A stretch of 64,000 nt of DNA from an uncultured Nitrospiraceae bacterium (GCA_963811165.1 CAWEQH010000010.1:768001-832000), one strand, 5' to 3'; numbered from the stretch's first letter, positions 42,198-52,437 are shown. A program made the numbers and translations. Notes: a model not told the origin generated them from the letters alone.

Positions 42198-43229
42198 TTA
42201 TGAAGTATGGAGTTTGGCAGACTTCATGAAGCCTTCGAGCGCGGAGATCCTTTTTTTGAGCGTCTCGAACTCCTTAAAGTGAAGCGACTGCGGCCCATCT
42301 GATAGCGCGTGTTCGGGATCGGGATGGACCTCGATCATCACACCATGGGCGCCGACCACAACAGCCGCAAGCGCCATCGGGGAAACCAGATTTCGCTTGC
42401 CGGTGGCATGGCTTGGGTCAAAGATCACAGGCAGATGCGAGATCGATTTGACCAGCGGAATTATTGAAAGGTCGGCCGTGTTCCTCGTGGAGGGTTCGAA
42501 GGTCCTGATCCCCCTTTCGCAGAGGGCCACATTGGGATTGCCCCCTAGGAGGATATATTCGGCCGAGCCCAGCCATTCTTCGACCGTAGCCGAAAGCCCG
42601 CGCTTAAGGATGACCGGCTTCTTTGTCTTCCCCACCTCGGTGAGAAGATCGTAATTTTGCATATTTCTCGCCCCGATCTGGAGGATGTCGACCTTTTCAG
42701 CCACCATCCCTACATGCTCGGGACTCATTACCTCGGTGACGACCAGGATGCCGACGTCTTTTCTCACCGAATCGAGAAGCTCAAGTCCCTTTTCCCTCAG
42801 ACCCTGAAAACTGTGAGGGCTCGTCCGGGGCTTGTATGCGCCACCCCTTAATATATCGACCCCTCTTTTTTTCAAGAAACGGGCCGTCTTAAATATCTGC
42901 AGCCTGTCCTCTATCGCGCAGGGGCCGGCGATGACTGTAAAAGGTGATTTTCCCCCTATCCTGAACCCTCCCGGCAGTTTGATGACGGTATCAGCCGGGT
43001 GGAAGTCCCTGCTGACCAATTTGTAGGGCTTCGTGACATGGATGATTTCCATTACGGCCCTGATGTCCCTTAACGTCGAGTCTTCGACCCACCCCTGATT
43101 TCCTATCACACCTATGGCGGTCCTCTCCGCCCCCGGGATAGCTACGGGCTTAAGTCCGAGCCGGGCAATCGTCTTTTTTACAGTCTCAACGTCTCTGCTG
43201 GTGGCCCAGTGATGCATTACAATCAGCAT
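42198..43229 (-). CDS. aroF: DAHP synthase, type I-beta, with N-terminal regulatory domain
   Basis: IAGPCAIE, RGGAYKPRTSP, QIGARNMQN, LKRG, CERGIR, DPSH. Confidence 0.95.
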   Translation of the reverse strand: MLIVMHHWATSRDVETVKKTIARLGLKPVAIPGAERTAIGVIGNQGWVEDSTLRDIRAVMEIIHVTKPYKLVSRDFHPADTVIKLPGGFRIGGKSPFTVIAGPCAIEDRLQIFKTARFLKKRGVDILRGGAYKPRTSPHSFQGLREKGLELLDSVRKDVGILVVTEVMSPEHVGMVAEKVDILQIGARNMQNYDLLTEVGKTKKPVILKRGLSATVEEWLGSAEYILLGGNPNVALCERGIRTFEPSTRNTADLSIIPLVKSISHLPVIFDPSHATGKRNLVSPMALAAVVVGAHGVMIEVHPDPEHALSDGPQSLHFKEFETLKKRISALEGFMKSAKLHTS

Positions 43230-43327
43230 GATAAGCTCCCTTCTGTTATTGTTGGAATTTTACATGACCGAAGGGAAAATAGTAAAACTTGAACGCGCCC
43301 TGTTCTGTGCTAACCTTTATAAGGACG

Positions 43328-43771
43328 ATGAGTAACCGCACAACACTCTTAAGATGCAGGTCCTGCAGGACCGTAAACCGGATACCCGTTGACAGGCTTT
43401 CAGAAAGACCGAAATGCGGGAAATGCAAGGCCTATCTCGATTTCCCTCATGGACCGGTCGAAGGTACGGCCTCAAATTTCGACTCGGAGGTCTTCGATTC
43501 CCCGGGGCTCGTACTCGTCTTTTTCTGGGCCCCCTGGTGTGCGCACTGCCGGGGGATGATGCCGTCCATCCAGGAACTGGCCAGGCGCATGGCAGGCAGG
43601 CTGAAGGTCGTCATGGTGAACACGGAGAAGGAGACACCCCTGGCAAGGCGCTTCGATGTCATGTCGTTGCCGAGACTGACCCTTTACCGCGGCGGCCAGC
43701 AGGTCAATGAGCTAAACGGAGCAGTCTCCGGCACTCAGCTGGATGAATGGATCGGCCATTGGATGGGATAA
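43328..43771 (+). CDS. Thioredoxin with N-terminal Zn finger (TrxC-like)
   Basis: CRSC..CGKC, active site WAPWCAHC, cis-Pro SLP. AAGGA SD before ATG 43328. Confidence 0.88.
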   Translation: MSNRTTLLRCRSCRTVNRIPVDRLSERPKCGKCKAYLDFPHGPVEGTASNFDSEVFDSPGLVLVFFWAPWCAHCRGMMPSIQELARRMAGRLKVVMVNTEKETPLARRFDVMSLPRLTLYRGGQQVNELNGAVSGTQLDEWIGHWMG

Positions 43772-43792
43772 CAGCGCGGGGGAACCCCGCCC

Positions 43793-44617
43793 CTACAAGG
43801 CATGGTCATCGTCGTCATGAAGGTCATAAGTCACTTCCTGCTGAATATCGATTGTTTCGCCCCTTTCGCCCAGTTCCCGGAATATAAACGGTTTCGTCGA
43901 CGACGGGACCTTCGGATCGGAATAAAGGTCCTGAAGGTCGGTGGTCCTCATCTGCCTAATGAATTTGGCGACACATGGCATCGGGGTATAGAAATTCCGT
44001 ATCATGGCAAACTTTATAGAATAACTTAAGGACCACTTCGTATGGGTAGCAAGCATCTTTATCACCACCGGCTTTGTGCGGGGGTTATTGATCAGTTTGT
44101 AAAGATGTGCCTCGGTAAGTAAAGGGCTTTCCAGGCAGATGCGTATGACCCTCTCGTCGCCGCGTTCCATGAGGGAAAGCAAAGTGTTCGTGGATGCCCT
44201 CTTTGCAAGAGCTGTTTTGTTCCCAAGCGGCATGGCAGGTATCCTCTCGGCTATCATGCTTTCGATCTTCTGACGTATATTGATATTGATATGCTGGTCC
44301 CTCGTAATGTCCGAAAGGTCGAATAGTCTCATGAATTTCAGCATCGAGAGCGTTGCCTTATGAGGTGTCCTGGGGTTCCTGCATATCGCAAGCTTAAGCT
44401 TATAGCTGCCCTTGAACCTGACATCGGCCGCGAGAAACCCGAGCGTTTCGGCAGATGCGGTTTTCCCCTTTGCGATGAAGACCGCCATCTCCTCGGTAAG
44501 GTTCCTGTTGAAGGCCGCCCGCGATACGACCTGCGGATTGGGGTCTCTGATGAGCGTCCAAAGCTCTTCTCCGCCCGCTGTCAGCGCGGCCCTCAAGCGT
44601 TCCTCGACGGTAACCAT
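43793..44617 (-). CDS. Hypothetical protein (helical repeat, LRV/HEAT-like)
   Basis: 274-aa ORF with host-like codon use and repeated N-P/R-x-T/L-P units. Confidence 0.65.
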   Translation of the reverse strand: MVTVEERLRAALTAGGEELWTLIRDPNPQVVSRAAFNRNLTEEMAVFIAKGKTASAETLGFLAADVRFKGSYKLKLAICRNPRTPHKATLSMLKFMRLFDLSDITRDQHININIRQKIESMIAERIPAMPLGNKTALAKRASTNTLLSLMERGDERVIRICLESPLLTEAHLYKLINNPRTKPVVIKMLATHTKWSLSYSIKFAMIRNFYTPMPCVAKFIRQMRTTDLQDLYSDPKVPSSTKPFIFRELGERGETIDIQQEVTYDLHDDDDHAL

Positions 44618-44768
44618 GCTCCTATTGTAATCCGCCGGAAGATTAATTTACAGAACAACTTTTTTTTACACTTGTCATTTGGCTGGAATGAAACTACTAT
44701 GTAATCACGTGATATAATATTGCAAAAGGCCGGCGGCTAACGGCAATCTTGAGAGAGGGAGGCACTAC

Positions 44769-45248
44769 GTGAACATATATGAATATGCAATGCAGTTAGA
44801 AAAAGACGGTGAGAATTTCTACCGGGAGGTCACTTCGCAAACATCGGACAAGGGGTTGAAAACGATCTTGATGATGCTCGCTGACGCTGAGGTGAGACAC
44901 TATAGGCTTTTTGAGAATATGAAAAACAACGATAAGGTCCGGATGCCGGACTCCCCAATATTAAATGACGTCAAGAACATCTTCATCCAGATGAGGGAAG
45001 AGAAACAGATCGAGACCGATGTCTCACAGATAGAGCTTTACAAAAAAGCCCAGGGGATCGAGAATCTCACCCGGGACTTCTATCTCGCTAAGGCCGAAGA
45101 GGTCGTCCCAGAGCAAAAGGAGATATTTCTCAAGATCGCGGAGGAGGAGAAGCGACACTACCTCATTCTCGAAAACATCATCCGGCTCGTCAGCCAGCCC
45201 GATACCTGGCTCGAAGACCCGGAGTGGTACCACCTGGAGGATTATTAG
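44769..45248 (+). CDS. Ferritin-like/rubrerythrin family protein
   Basis: Two E..FY/ExxH di-iron units (LEKDGENFY, AEVRH; IENLTRDFY, EEKRH). GGGAGG SD with GTG start. Confidence 0.88.
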   Translation: MNIYEYAMQLEKDGENFYREVTSQTSDKGLKTILMMLADAEVRHYRLFENMKNNDKVRMPDSPILNDVKNIFIQMREEKQIETDVSQIELYKKAQGIENLTRDFYLAKAEEVVPEQKEIFLKIAEEEKRHYLILENIIRLVSQPDTWLEDPEWYHLEDY

Positions 45249-45299
45249 GAGGTCCCCGGCGGTCGCAGTTCTTCGCCCATCCTTTCCCTCTTGTTGCCT

Positions 45300-45338
45300 T
45301 TGACACAGCGGCCCTAGTTGTGTTACATTGTCTTACAT
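45300..45338 (+). promoter_or_regulatory. TA operon promoter with tandem operator
   Basis: TTGACA 45300-45305 and TG-n-TACATT 45321-45329. Tandem TGTGTTACAT/TGTCTTACAT at 45319-45338. Confidence 0.65.
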
Positions 45339-45353
45339 AAAGGAGGCGGGGAC

Positions 45354-45572
45354 ATGAAAGAGACGATCACAATACGGCTGACCGACAAACTGCAAAAGGA
45401 ACTGGACATCGTGGCAAAAGCAGAGAAGGCGTCAAAAAGCGAAGTCATCCGGGACGCCGTTGCCCACTACCTCGCGGTAAAACGGTTTCAGCAGCTGCGA
45501 AGAAAGGCATTGCCCTTTGCAGAGGCAGAAGGGCTGCTCAGTGACGAGGATATCTTCAAGGCCATCTCGTGA
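45354..45572 (+). CDS. CopG/ribbon-helix-helix antitoxin
   Basis: TITIRL..L...L......SKSEVIRDAV pattern. AAGGAGG SD. GTGA overlap with the PIN gene. Confidence 0.85.
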   Translation: MKETITIRLTDKLQKELDIVAKAEKASKSEVIRDAVAHYLAVKRFQQLRRKALPFAEAEGLLSDEDIFKAIS

Positions 45573-45967
45573 GAGTGGTGCTCGACACCAACGTACTCAT
45601 TGCGGCCTTTTCCGCCAGGGGTCTTTGCGCTGAAGTTTTTGAAGTCTGCCTGGAGGGACACGATATTGTGATAAGTGAGCATATCCTTTCAGAGACAAAG
45701 AAGAACCTTCTTGATAAAATTCATCTCCCTCACATCGTCGTTCAAGAGATAATTGAATACTTACGGGGCGTAACCGAGGCAGTGGAGCCTGCTGTTATTG
45801 ATAAGCGCATGTGCAGGGATAAAAACGATGACAAGATCATCGGGGCCGCTTTAGGCGGGAAAGCGGATTTCATCATCACAGGGGACAAGGACCTGCTCGT
45901 CCTAAAAAAATATAAGGGGATAAAAATAGTAACGCCGAGGGAATTCTGGAAACACCTGAGGGGATAA
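45569..45967 (+). CDS. PIN-domain toxin (VapC-like)
   Basis: VVLDTNVLI, CRDKNDD, IITGDKDLL, IVTPREF. Confidence 0.9.
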   Translation: MRVVLDTNVLIAAFSARGLCAEVFEVCLEGHDIVISEHILSETKKNLLDKIHLPHIVVQEIIEYLRGVTEAVEPAVIDKRMCRDKNDDKIIGAALGGKADFIITGDKDLLVLKKYKGIKIVTPREFWKHLRG

Positions 45968-46125
45968 ACGGATTATATTTCCTTCAGGATGCAACACTCC
46001 AGCAACCTTTCTTCCTGAAAGTCGCGCTTTTCAAAATCTTCACAATGGTGTAAGTTATTATTTGAGCCTTCCCCGAATTGATGGACACACCTAAAGATTT
46101 GTAAGATGGAAAAGGAGGTGTGTGT

Positions 46126-46440
46126 ATGGGGAAAGAGGATAGGCGTCGTCATTTCACGAGAGAGTTCAAGAGGAATGCTGTTCACCTTGTGACGGAGAAG
46201 GGTATGCCGGTAGGGAAGGTAGCTCGGGACCTTGATATTCATCCCAACTTACTTCATTTATGGAGAAGGAGGTTGCTGAAAGACGGGGAGAAGGCATTTG
46301 TGGGGAAAGGCCATTCAAGTCCGGAGGGAGCGGAGATAAAGCAGCTTCGGAAGGAATTGGAAAGGGTGAGGGAAGAGAGGGACATTTTAAAAAAAGCCTT
46401 GGCCGTATTCTCCAAACGCAGCAGACGAAGTACGGGTTGA
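46126..46440 (+). CDS. IS3-family transposase OrfA
   Basis: FTREFKRNAV HTH, leucine zipper ..EERDILKKA. A7G slippery run at 46389-46396. Confidence 0.92.
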   Translation: MGKEDRRRHFTREFKRNAVHLVTEKGMPVGKVARDLDIHPNLLHLWRRRLLKDGEKAFVGKGHSSPEGAEIKQLRKELERVREERDILKKALAVFSKRSRRSTG

Positions 46441-47282
46441 TGGAAGAGCATCGGGAGAAGTACAGGGTGGGAAGCATGTGCAAGGTGTTAAAGGTATCCA
46501 GGAGTGGGTATTATGCGTGGCGCAGCCGTCCGCTTAGCAGGAGGCAAAAGGACAACCAGGAGTTGCTGGGACACATACAGGAGATCCACAGAAGAAGCAG
46601 GAAGCTGTACGGGAGCCTAAGGATCACGGCTGAACTCAATGATGAGGGTGTCAAATGCGGGAAGAACCGGGTAGCCAGGATCATGAAGGATCATGCCATA
46701 TGCGGGGAAGTGAAGAGGAGGAGGTTTAGGCGGACTACCGATTCACGGCATGATTATGCTCTGGCGGCAAACCTGCTGATTGGCAAGAGACAGACCGATG
46801 GGGTATGGGCATCAGATATTACGTTTGTTCCTACTTCCGAGGGGTGGTTGTATGTGGCAGCTGTGATAAATGTGAAAAGCAGAAGAGTTATAGGGTTGTC
46901 CATGAGCGATAAACTTTCTCAGGAACTCGCCTCTGATGCGCTAAAAGCGGCAGCCAGCAGGCAGAGCCCTCCTGAGGGGTTGATCCACCACTCCGATCGA
47001 GGCAGGCAGTACGCGAGTTATGCATATCAGGAGCTTCTCAGAGAATACGGCATTACTCCGAGTATGAGCAGAAGTGGCAATTGCTATGACAATGCCTATG
47101 CGGAGTCATTTTTCGGAACGCTCAAGACGGAATTGGTCCACGGTGAGAAGTACCGTTCACGGCTTGAGGCAAGGCTTAGTATCTTTGAGTACGTAGAAGT
47201 GTTTTATAATCGTCAGAGGAGACACTCGGCATTAGGGTACAGGAGCCCAGAGCAATTTGAACGGCTCCTTGATGAAACTTAA
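46389..47282 (+). CDS. IS3-family transposase OrfB (reached by -1 frameshift)
   Basis: SRSGYY, YGSLRI, DDE motifs WASDIT / HHSDRG / NAYAESFF. Confidence 0.9.
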   Translation, partial: KKSLGRILQTQQTKYGLMEEHREKYRVGSMCKVLKVSRSGYYAWRSRPLSRRQKDNQELLGHIQEIHRRSRKLYGSLRITAELNDEGVKCGKNRVARIMKDHAICGEVKRRRFRRTTDSRHDYALAANLLIGKRQTDGVWASDITFVPTSEGWLYVAAVINVKSRRVIGLSMSDKLSQELASDALKAAASRQSPPEGLIHHSDRGRQYASYAYQELLREYGITPSMSRSGNCYDNAYAESFFGTLKTELVHGEKYRSRLEARLSIFEYVEVFYNRQRRHSALGYRSPEQFERLLDET

Positions 47283-47529
47283 CCAAGTGTCCACATTATC
47301 GGGGAAAGCTCAGCCGTAAATCTTCAGTCTCGATCCTTGCTTAATTTTGCGGCTTTGTCGGTGAAGCCGAGATCGCAGTCCTGCTTTACACACAGGCAGG
47401 ATCGTGCATACTCCGGGGTGAGGCTCTATTTTCCACGCAGTCGCGCCGCCCTCAATCGATAATCTCAAGGGAACAAACACCGACTGCTCACTCACCAGCA
47501 CGCAACGATACTCAGTTAGAAGGCATGCT

Positions 47530-50500
47530 TTACTCTCCCGGCGTCCATTTCGCCAGGTGTTTTAGATATTTCCATCTCCTCTTTACGTTCGCCTCGGCCT
47601 GTTTCATGAGCTCGGCCGCAAGATCGGGCTTGCTCATCTTTAGGGCCCTGTAACGGTTCTCCTTGTAAGCGTATTCCTCGAACGATATTGTCGGCTCCTG
47701 GCTGTCGATTATAAAAGGCGGCTTCCCCTCTGCCTCCAGATCGGGATTGAAGCGGAAAAGCGGCCAGTGCCCGCAGGAGACCGCCCTCTTCTGCTCGTCA
47801 ACGCCCCTGCCCATGTCTATCCCCTGAGCTATGCATGTCGCGTAAGCGACAACCAGTGACGGACCTTTATATGCCTCCGCCTCTACCATTGCCCTGACCG
47901 ACTGCGCCTGGTTGGCGCCGAAGGCGATCTGTGCAACATACACATTCCCATAGGTGGTCATTATCGCGCCGATGGACTTTTTGGGCGTCCTCTTTCCCCC
48001 GGCGGCGAATTGAGCCATCGCAGCAAGCGGCGTAGACTTTGACATCTGTCCGCCGGTATTTGAGTAGACTTCGGTATCTAAGATCATTATATTGATGTCT
48101 TCTCCGGAGGCGAGGACATGGTCGAGCCCGCCGTAGCCTATGTCATAAGCCCACCCGTCACCGCCGATGGCCCAGACCGTCTTTTTTACGAGATAGTCGG
48201 CAAGCGACGCGAGACTCTTCGCCTCGGGCGAGACATCCTTGGAAATCAACTTCTTTAGTTCTTCGACCCTGGCCCTCTGCTCTTCGATCCCCTTTTGAGT
48301 CGACTGGTCCGAATTCTTAAGCGAGTCGAAGAGACCCCTTGCCGACGAATACTCAGTCCTCGCCGAAATCCTCTCAAGGAGTTCGAGCGCCTGTGACCTG
48401 AATTTGTCCACCGTCTGCTTCATGCCGAATCCGAATTCCGCGTTATCTTCAAACAGCGAATTGGCCCATGCCGGTCCCCGGCCGTCGGCCCGCTTAGTAT
48501 AAGGCGTAGTCGGAAGATTTCCGCCGTAGATGGAAGAGCATCCGGTGGCGTTGGCGATAAGAAGCCGGTCCCCGAAGAGTTGCGTCAACAGTTTTATATA
48601 AGGCGTCTCGCCGCAGCCGGCACAGGCGCCGCTGTACTCAAACAAGGGCCTGACCAACTGGCTCCCCTTTATCGTCATGACGTTAAACCGCGACGGGTCG
48701 GTCTCAGGAAGGGAGAGGAAAAAGCGATAATTCTCAGCCTCCTGAGCCCTCAGGGGTTCCTGGAACTTCATGTTGATCGCCTTAAAGCCGGGTATCTTCT
48801 TGCCGTCGGCATCCTTCTTGAATCCGGGGCAGACATGCACACAGGAGCCGCAACCGGTGCAGTCCTCAGGTGCCACCTGGACCGTAAATTTCAACCCCTT
48901 GAACTCATTGCCCTTCCCGTCGACGGACTTGAAGGTCTCAGGGGCGTCCTTCAGCAGAGACCCATCGTAGGCCTTTATCCTTATCGTGGCGTGCGGACAT
49001 ACGAAAGAGCATTGGCCGCACTGGATGCAGATGTCAGGCTCCCACACCGGGATATGGACTCCGATGTTGCGCTTCTCAAACTGAGTGGTGCCCGTAGGCC
49101 ATGTGCCGTCTACGGGAAGAGCGGAGACCGGCAGCGAATCGCCGTTGCCGGCGATCATCGTGGCGGTCACGTTCTTCACAAACTCCGGCGCCCCTTCAGG
49201 GACCGGGGGTCTCATCCTCTTTGCGCTGCTCACCTTGCCAGGAACCGGCACTTCCACGATATTCTGGAGGGCCTTGTCAACGGCGGCGTAATTCATCTGC
49301 ACCACCTGCTCGCCCTTCTTCATGTAGGTCTTCTTGATCTCACGCTTGATCGACTCGATCGCCTCATCCTTGGGAATGATCCCGGCGATCACGAAAAAGG
49401 CGGTCTGCATGATCATGTTGATCCTGGTCCCAAGACCTAGCTCCTCGGCAAGGGAAATGGCATCGATGATATAAAACTTCATCTTTTTCGAAATGAGCTG
49501 TTCCTGGACCTCCGCGGGAAGGGTATCCCATACCTCGTCTTTCTTTTGCAAGGTCGTCAGAAGGAACGTGGCCCCTTCCTCTGCCTTGGACAGCATGTCA
49601 TACTTCTCCAGAAACGATGTATTGTGGCAGGCGATAAAGTTCGCCTGGGGAACGAGGTAGGGATTATGGATCTTCTCTTTTCCGAAGCGGAGATGGGATA
49701 TGGTGATGGCGCCCGATTTCTTGGAGTCGTAGACAAAGTAGCCCTGGGCGTAATTGTCCGTCTCGGCCCCGATGATCTTTATCGTATTCTTGTTTGCGCC
49801 GACCGTCCCGTCCGCACCGAGCCCGTAAAAGAGGGCACGGAAAACCCCGCTCCCCTCGATGCGAAAAGACTCATCGTATTCAAGGCTCGTCCCGGCCACA
49901 TCGTCATTGATGCCGACGGTAAAGTGGTTCTTCGGTGACGAAGCAGAGAGATTGTCGAAAACGGCCTTCACCATGCCGGGAGTGAAGTCCTTGGAACCGA
50001 GACCGTAACGGCCTCCCACGATCTTCGGATAGCTCCTGAAGGCCGCTGTCCCTTTCTCCATCGCTTCGCCGACGGCCGTCCTGACGTCCAGATAGAGGGG
50101 CTCGCCTATGGCGCCGGGCTCTTTTGTCCGGTCGAGGACCGCGATCGCCTTGACCGTTGCCGGCAGTGCCTTGGCAAAGGCATCGACCGAAAAAGGCCTG
50201 AAGAGCCTCACGTTCACAAGGCCGAGTTTCTCTCCCCGGGCGTTCAGGGCGTCGACAGTGCTCTGGACGGTCTCGGAGGCCGAACCCATGATAACCACCA
50301 CGCGTTCCGCATCCGGGGCGCCGCAATAGTCGAAAAGGTTGTACCGCCTGCCGACAATACCCGCGAACCGGTCCATCGCCTTCTGCACAATGTCAGGCGT
50401 CGCGTTACAGTAAGTGTTGACCGTTTCCCTGCCCTGGAAATAGACATCCGGATTCTGGGCCGTGCCGCGAATCACCGGCCTGTCCGGCGTCAGCCCCCTC

Positions 50501-51114
50501 TGCCTCTGCTGAATGACAAGATCGTCGTCAAGCATCGCCCGCATGTCGTCAAAGGTCAGCTCCTCTACTTTCTGTATCTCGTGGGACGTCCTGAAGCCGT
50601 CGAAGAAGTGGATGAAAGGCACCCGTGATTCGAGCGTCGCGGCCTGGGATATGAGCGCGAAGTCCATCGCCTCCTGGACGCTCTGGGAGCAGAGCATCGC
50701 AAATCCCGTGGCCCTGCAGGCCATGACGTCCGAATGGTCTCCGAAGATCGAGAGTCCCTGACAGGCAAGGGACCGTGCGGTGATATGAAATACCGTGGGC
50801 GTGAGCTCCCCTGCTATCTTGTACATGTTGGGAATGATCAGCAAGAGACCCTGGGACGCTGACACGGTTGTGGCAAGAGCCCCCGCCGCGAGAGAGCCGT
50901 GCACCGCGCCCGCAACACCTGCCTCAGACTGCATCTGGCTGACCCTGGGGACCGAGCCCCAGATATTCACCTGCCCCGCTGCTGTCTTGGCATCGCATAT
51001 CTCCGCTATAGGCGAAGAAGGAGTAATGGGATAAATCGTAATAATCTCATTCGTCGCATGCACCACATGCGCACACGCCGTGCATCCGTCAACCGTTATC
51101 ATCTTTCGAACCAT
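47530..51114 (-). CDS. nifJ: Pyruvate:ferredoxin/flavodoxin oxidoreductase (single chain)
   Basis: YPITPSS, GADGTVGANK, two CxxCxxC ferredoxin motifs, GACAGCGE, GGDGWAYDIG, DTEVYSNTGGQ. Confidence 0.97.
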   Translation of the reverse strand: MVRKMITVDGCTACAHVVHATNEIITIYPITPSSPIAEICDAKTAAGQVNIWGSVPRVSQMQSEAGVAGAVHGSLAAGALATTVSASQGLLLIIPNMYKIAGELTPTVFHITARSLACQGLSIFGDHSDVMACRATGFAMLCSQSVQEAMDFALISQAATLESRVPFIHFFDGFRTSHEIQKVEELTFDDMRAMLDDDLVIQQRQRGLTPDRPVIRGTAQNPDVYFQGRETVNTYCNATPDIVQKAMDRFAGIVGRRYNLFDYCGAPDAERVVVIMGSASETVQSTVDALNARGEKLGLVNVRLFRPFSVDAFAKALPATVKAIAVLDRTKEPGAIGEPLYLDVRTAVGEAMEKGTAAFRSYPKIVGGRYGLGSKDFTPGMVKAVFDNLSASSPKNHFTVGINDDVAGTSLEYDESFRIEGSGVFRALFYGLGADGTVGANKNTIKIIGAETDNYAQGYFVYDSKKSGAITISHLRFGKEKIHNPYLVPQANFIACHNTSFLEKYDMLSKAEEGATFLLTTLQKKDEVWDTLPAEVQEQLISKKMKFYIIDAISLAEELGLGTRINMIMQTAFFVIAGIIPKDEAIESIKREIKKTYMKKGEQVVQMNYAAVDKALQNIVEVPVPGKVSSAKRMRPPVPEGAPEFVKNVTATMIAGNGDSLPVSALPVDGTWPTGTTQFEKRNIGVHIPVWEPDICIQCGQCSFVCPHATIRIKAYDGSLLKDAPETFKSVDGKGNEFKGLKFTVQVAPEDCTGCGSCVHVCPGFKKDADGKKIPGFKAINMKFQEPLRAQEAENYRFFLSLPETDPSRFNVMTIKGSQLVRPLFEYSGACAGCGETPYIKLLTQLFGDRLLIANATGCSSIYGGNLPTTPYTKRADGRGPAWANSLFEDNAEFGFGMKQTVDKFRSQALELLERISARTEYSSARGLFDSLKNSDQSTQKGIEEQRARVEELKKLISKDVSPEAKSLASLADYLVKKTVWAIGGDGWAYDIGYGGLDHVLASGEDINIMILDTEVYSNTGGQMSKSTPLAAMAQFAAGGKRTPKKSIGAIMTTYGNVYVAQIAFGANQAQSVRAMVEAEAYKGPSLVVAYATCIAQGIDMGRGVDEQKRAVSCGHWPLFRFNPDLEAEGKPPFIIDSQEPTISFEEYAYKENRYRALKMSKPDLAAELMKQAEANVKRRWKYLKHLAKWTPGE

Positions 51115-51124
51115 ACCAACCTCC

Positions 51125-51154
51125 TTCTTGCGTATATATTTCTTGCGTATATAT
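51125..51154. repeat. Perfect 15-bp tandem duplication abutting the nifJ SD
   Basis: TTCTTGCGTATATAT at 51125-51139 and 51140-51154. Confidence 0.9.
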
Positions 51155-51582
51155 TAATGATGCTGCCAAACCGTAATCAGAGTCGATCCATTCCATTATA
51201 ATATAAATGGAGCTCTCTGGGTAAGGCGGCCTTATTGACTCCAAAAGAAAATGCATAGTTATCGTCGGCATTTGCGTTTATAGGTTCTTTAGACGCCGCC
51301 GTGTCATATATTTTTTATAAGGCATTAATAATTTTGTATATATTTTTCTATATATTTTCATACTTCATCTGAGCCTCCCCACAAAAAACATTATTTACCA
51401 AGGACTTTCATCCACTGCGACTTTATGGTATCCTTCTTGCTTCATATACAGATTATGATAAGAATATTGATCGTCGATTACCATCCTGCCATACTCTCAC
51501 CGCTCTCCTACATGTTAAGAAAAACCGCCACCGTAATGCCGGGCGAAAACATGAAAGCGGCACAGAGAGCGGCTCGTAAAAG

Positions 51583-51975
51583 ATGAGTTCATTTCATACA
51601 AAGGACTCTAAGATTCTGATAGTTGATGATGACCCTCTTATAAGGTCCTTCCTGAAGGCCTTTTGCGAGGTCAACAACTATAAGGCTGATTTCGCAGTCA
51701 ACGGGACCGATGCCCTCGGACTCATCGAGAAAAATGGATCATACTTCCTGGCCATAGTGGATTTTTTGATGCCCAAAATGCACGGAGTTGAATTTATCAG
51801 ACAGGTCAGGAAAAGATGGAGAGATCTTCCCATTATCGCGATCAGCGCGTGGCAGGACATAGGGAAATCTTTCATTGAAGCCGGAGCATGTCTGTTTCTC
51901 GAAAAACCATTTGATCCCTATGTCTTGGAAAAAGAGATAGAAGCAATTCGGAACGCCGATATAAGAAGTCGGTAA
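51583..51975 (+). CDS. Single-domain response regulator
   Basis: IVDDD, IVDFLMPKMHG, LEKPF. Confidence 0.88.
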   Translation: MSSFHTKDSKILIVDDDPLIRSFLKAFCEVNNYKADFAVNGTDALGLIEKNGSYFLAIVDFLMPKMHGVEFIRQVRKRWRDLPIIAISAWQDIGKSFIEAGACLFLEKPFDPYVLEKEIEAIRNADIRSR

Positions 51976-52066
51976 CATACCCCGCGTTCTCCCATCCTCT
52001 TGCTGCCGAGATAACCACCCGCAAGGCGCCGTTATGTCGCCTTGTTTGCGATAACTGCTCTCCTCA

Positions 52067-52360
52067 CTATCGCTGACTGTCTTGTACAATCCTGCTGCCG
52101 CCTGATTGAGATAAATCTTTAGATCCGACCTTTTGTTCCGATTTGCTGTAAGTCGTCTTCCCTTTTCCCGCAGCGTTTACCTCCGAAAGATCGAACTTGC
52201 CCCCAATGCAGAACCGGCACCCGCTGCCCTCGCTGATATAACCGCCGCCGCTAATGCATTCTCCTTCGGTCGTCGACGCCATGGCCCCCGATGCAAAGAA
52301 AAGTCCCGCGATTGCCATGAAGACTAAAAAGATAAGCCCCAATGTGATTGTACTTTTCAT
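52067..52360 (-). CDS. Small secreted hypothetical protein with three Cys
   Basis: GGAGG SD, signal peptide (MKSTITLGLIFLVFMAIAGLFFASGAMA), ECISGGG..GCRFCIGG. Confidence 0.6.
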   Translation of the reverse strand: MKSTITLGLIFLVFMAIAGLFFASGAMASTTEGECISGGGYISEGSGCRFCIGGKFDLSEVNAAGKGKTTYSKSEQKVGSKDLSQSGGSRIVQDSQR

Positions 52361-52409
52361 TTTGACCTCCATCTTTCTACAAAGTCCGGCCTAGTTTGGA
52401 TTTATCATC

Positions 52410-52437
52410 GGTGATAATTATAATAAAAATTATCACC
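52410..52437. promoter_or_regulatory. Perfect 10-bp inverted repeat (candidate operator)
   Basis: GGTGATAATT-N8-AATTATCACC. A minus-strand TTGACA lies at 52451-52456. Confidence 0.55.

Larger units (their letters stand above)
46063..47312 (+). mobile_element. IS3-family insertion sequence (1250 bp)
   Basis: TG..CA ends. IRL TGAGCCTTCCCCGAATTGATGGACAC vs reverse-complemented IRR TGAGCTTTCCCCGATAATGTGGACAC (20/26 match). orfA/orfB in 0/-1 frames. No flanking direct repeat. Confidence 0.93.

Noticed and set aside
47313..47520. 63-aa minus-strand ORF ending at the IS end
   Set aside because: No motif or SD, and its stop codon is supplied by the IS terminus.
51460..51485. FNR-like half site TTGAT between nifJ and the response regulator
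   Set aside because: The second half does not match ATCAA.
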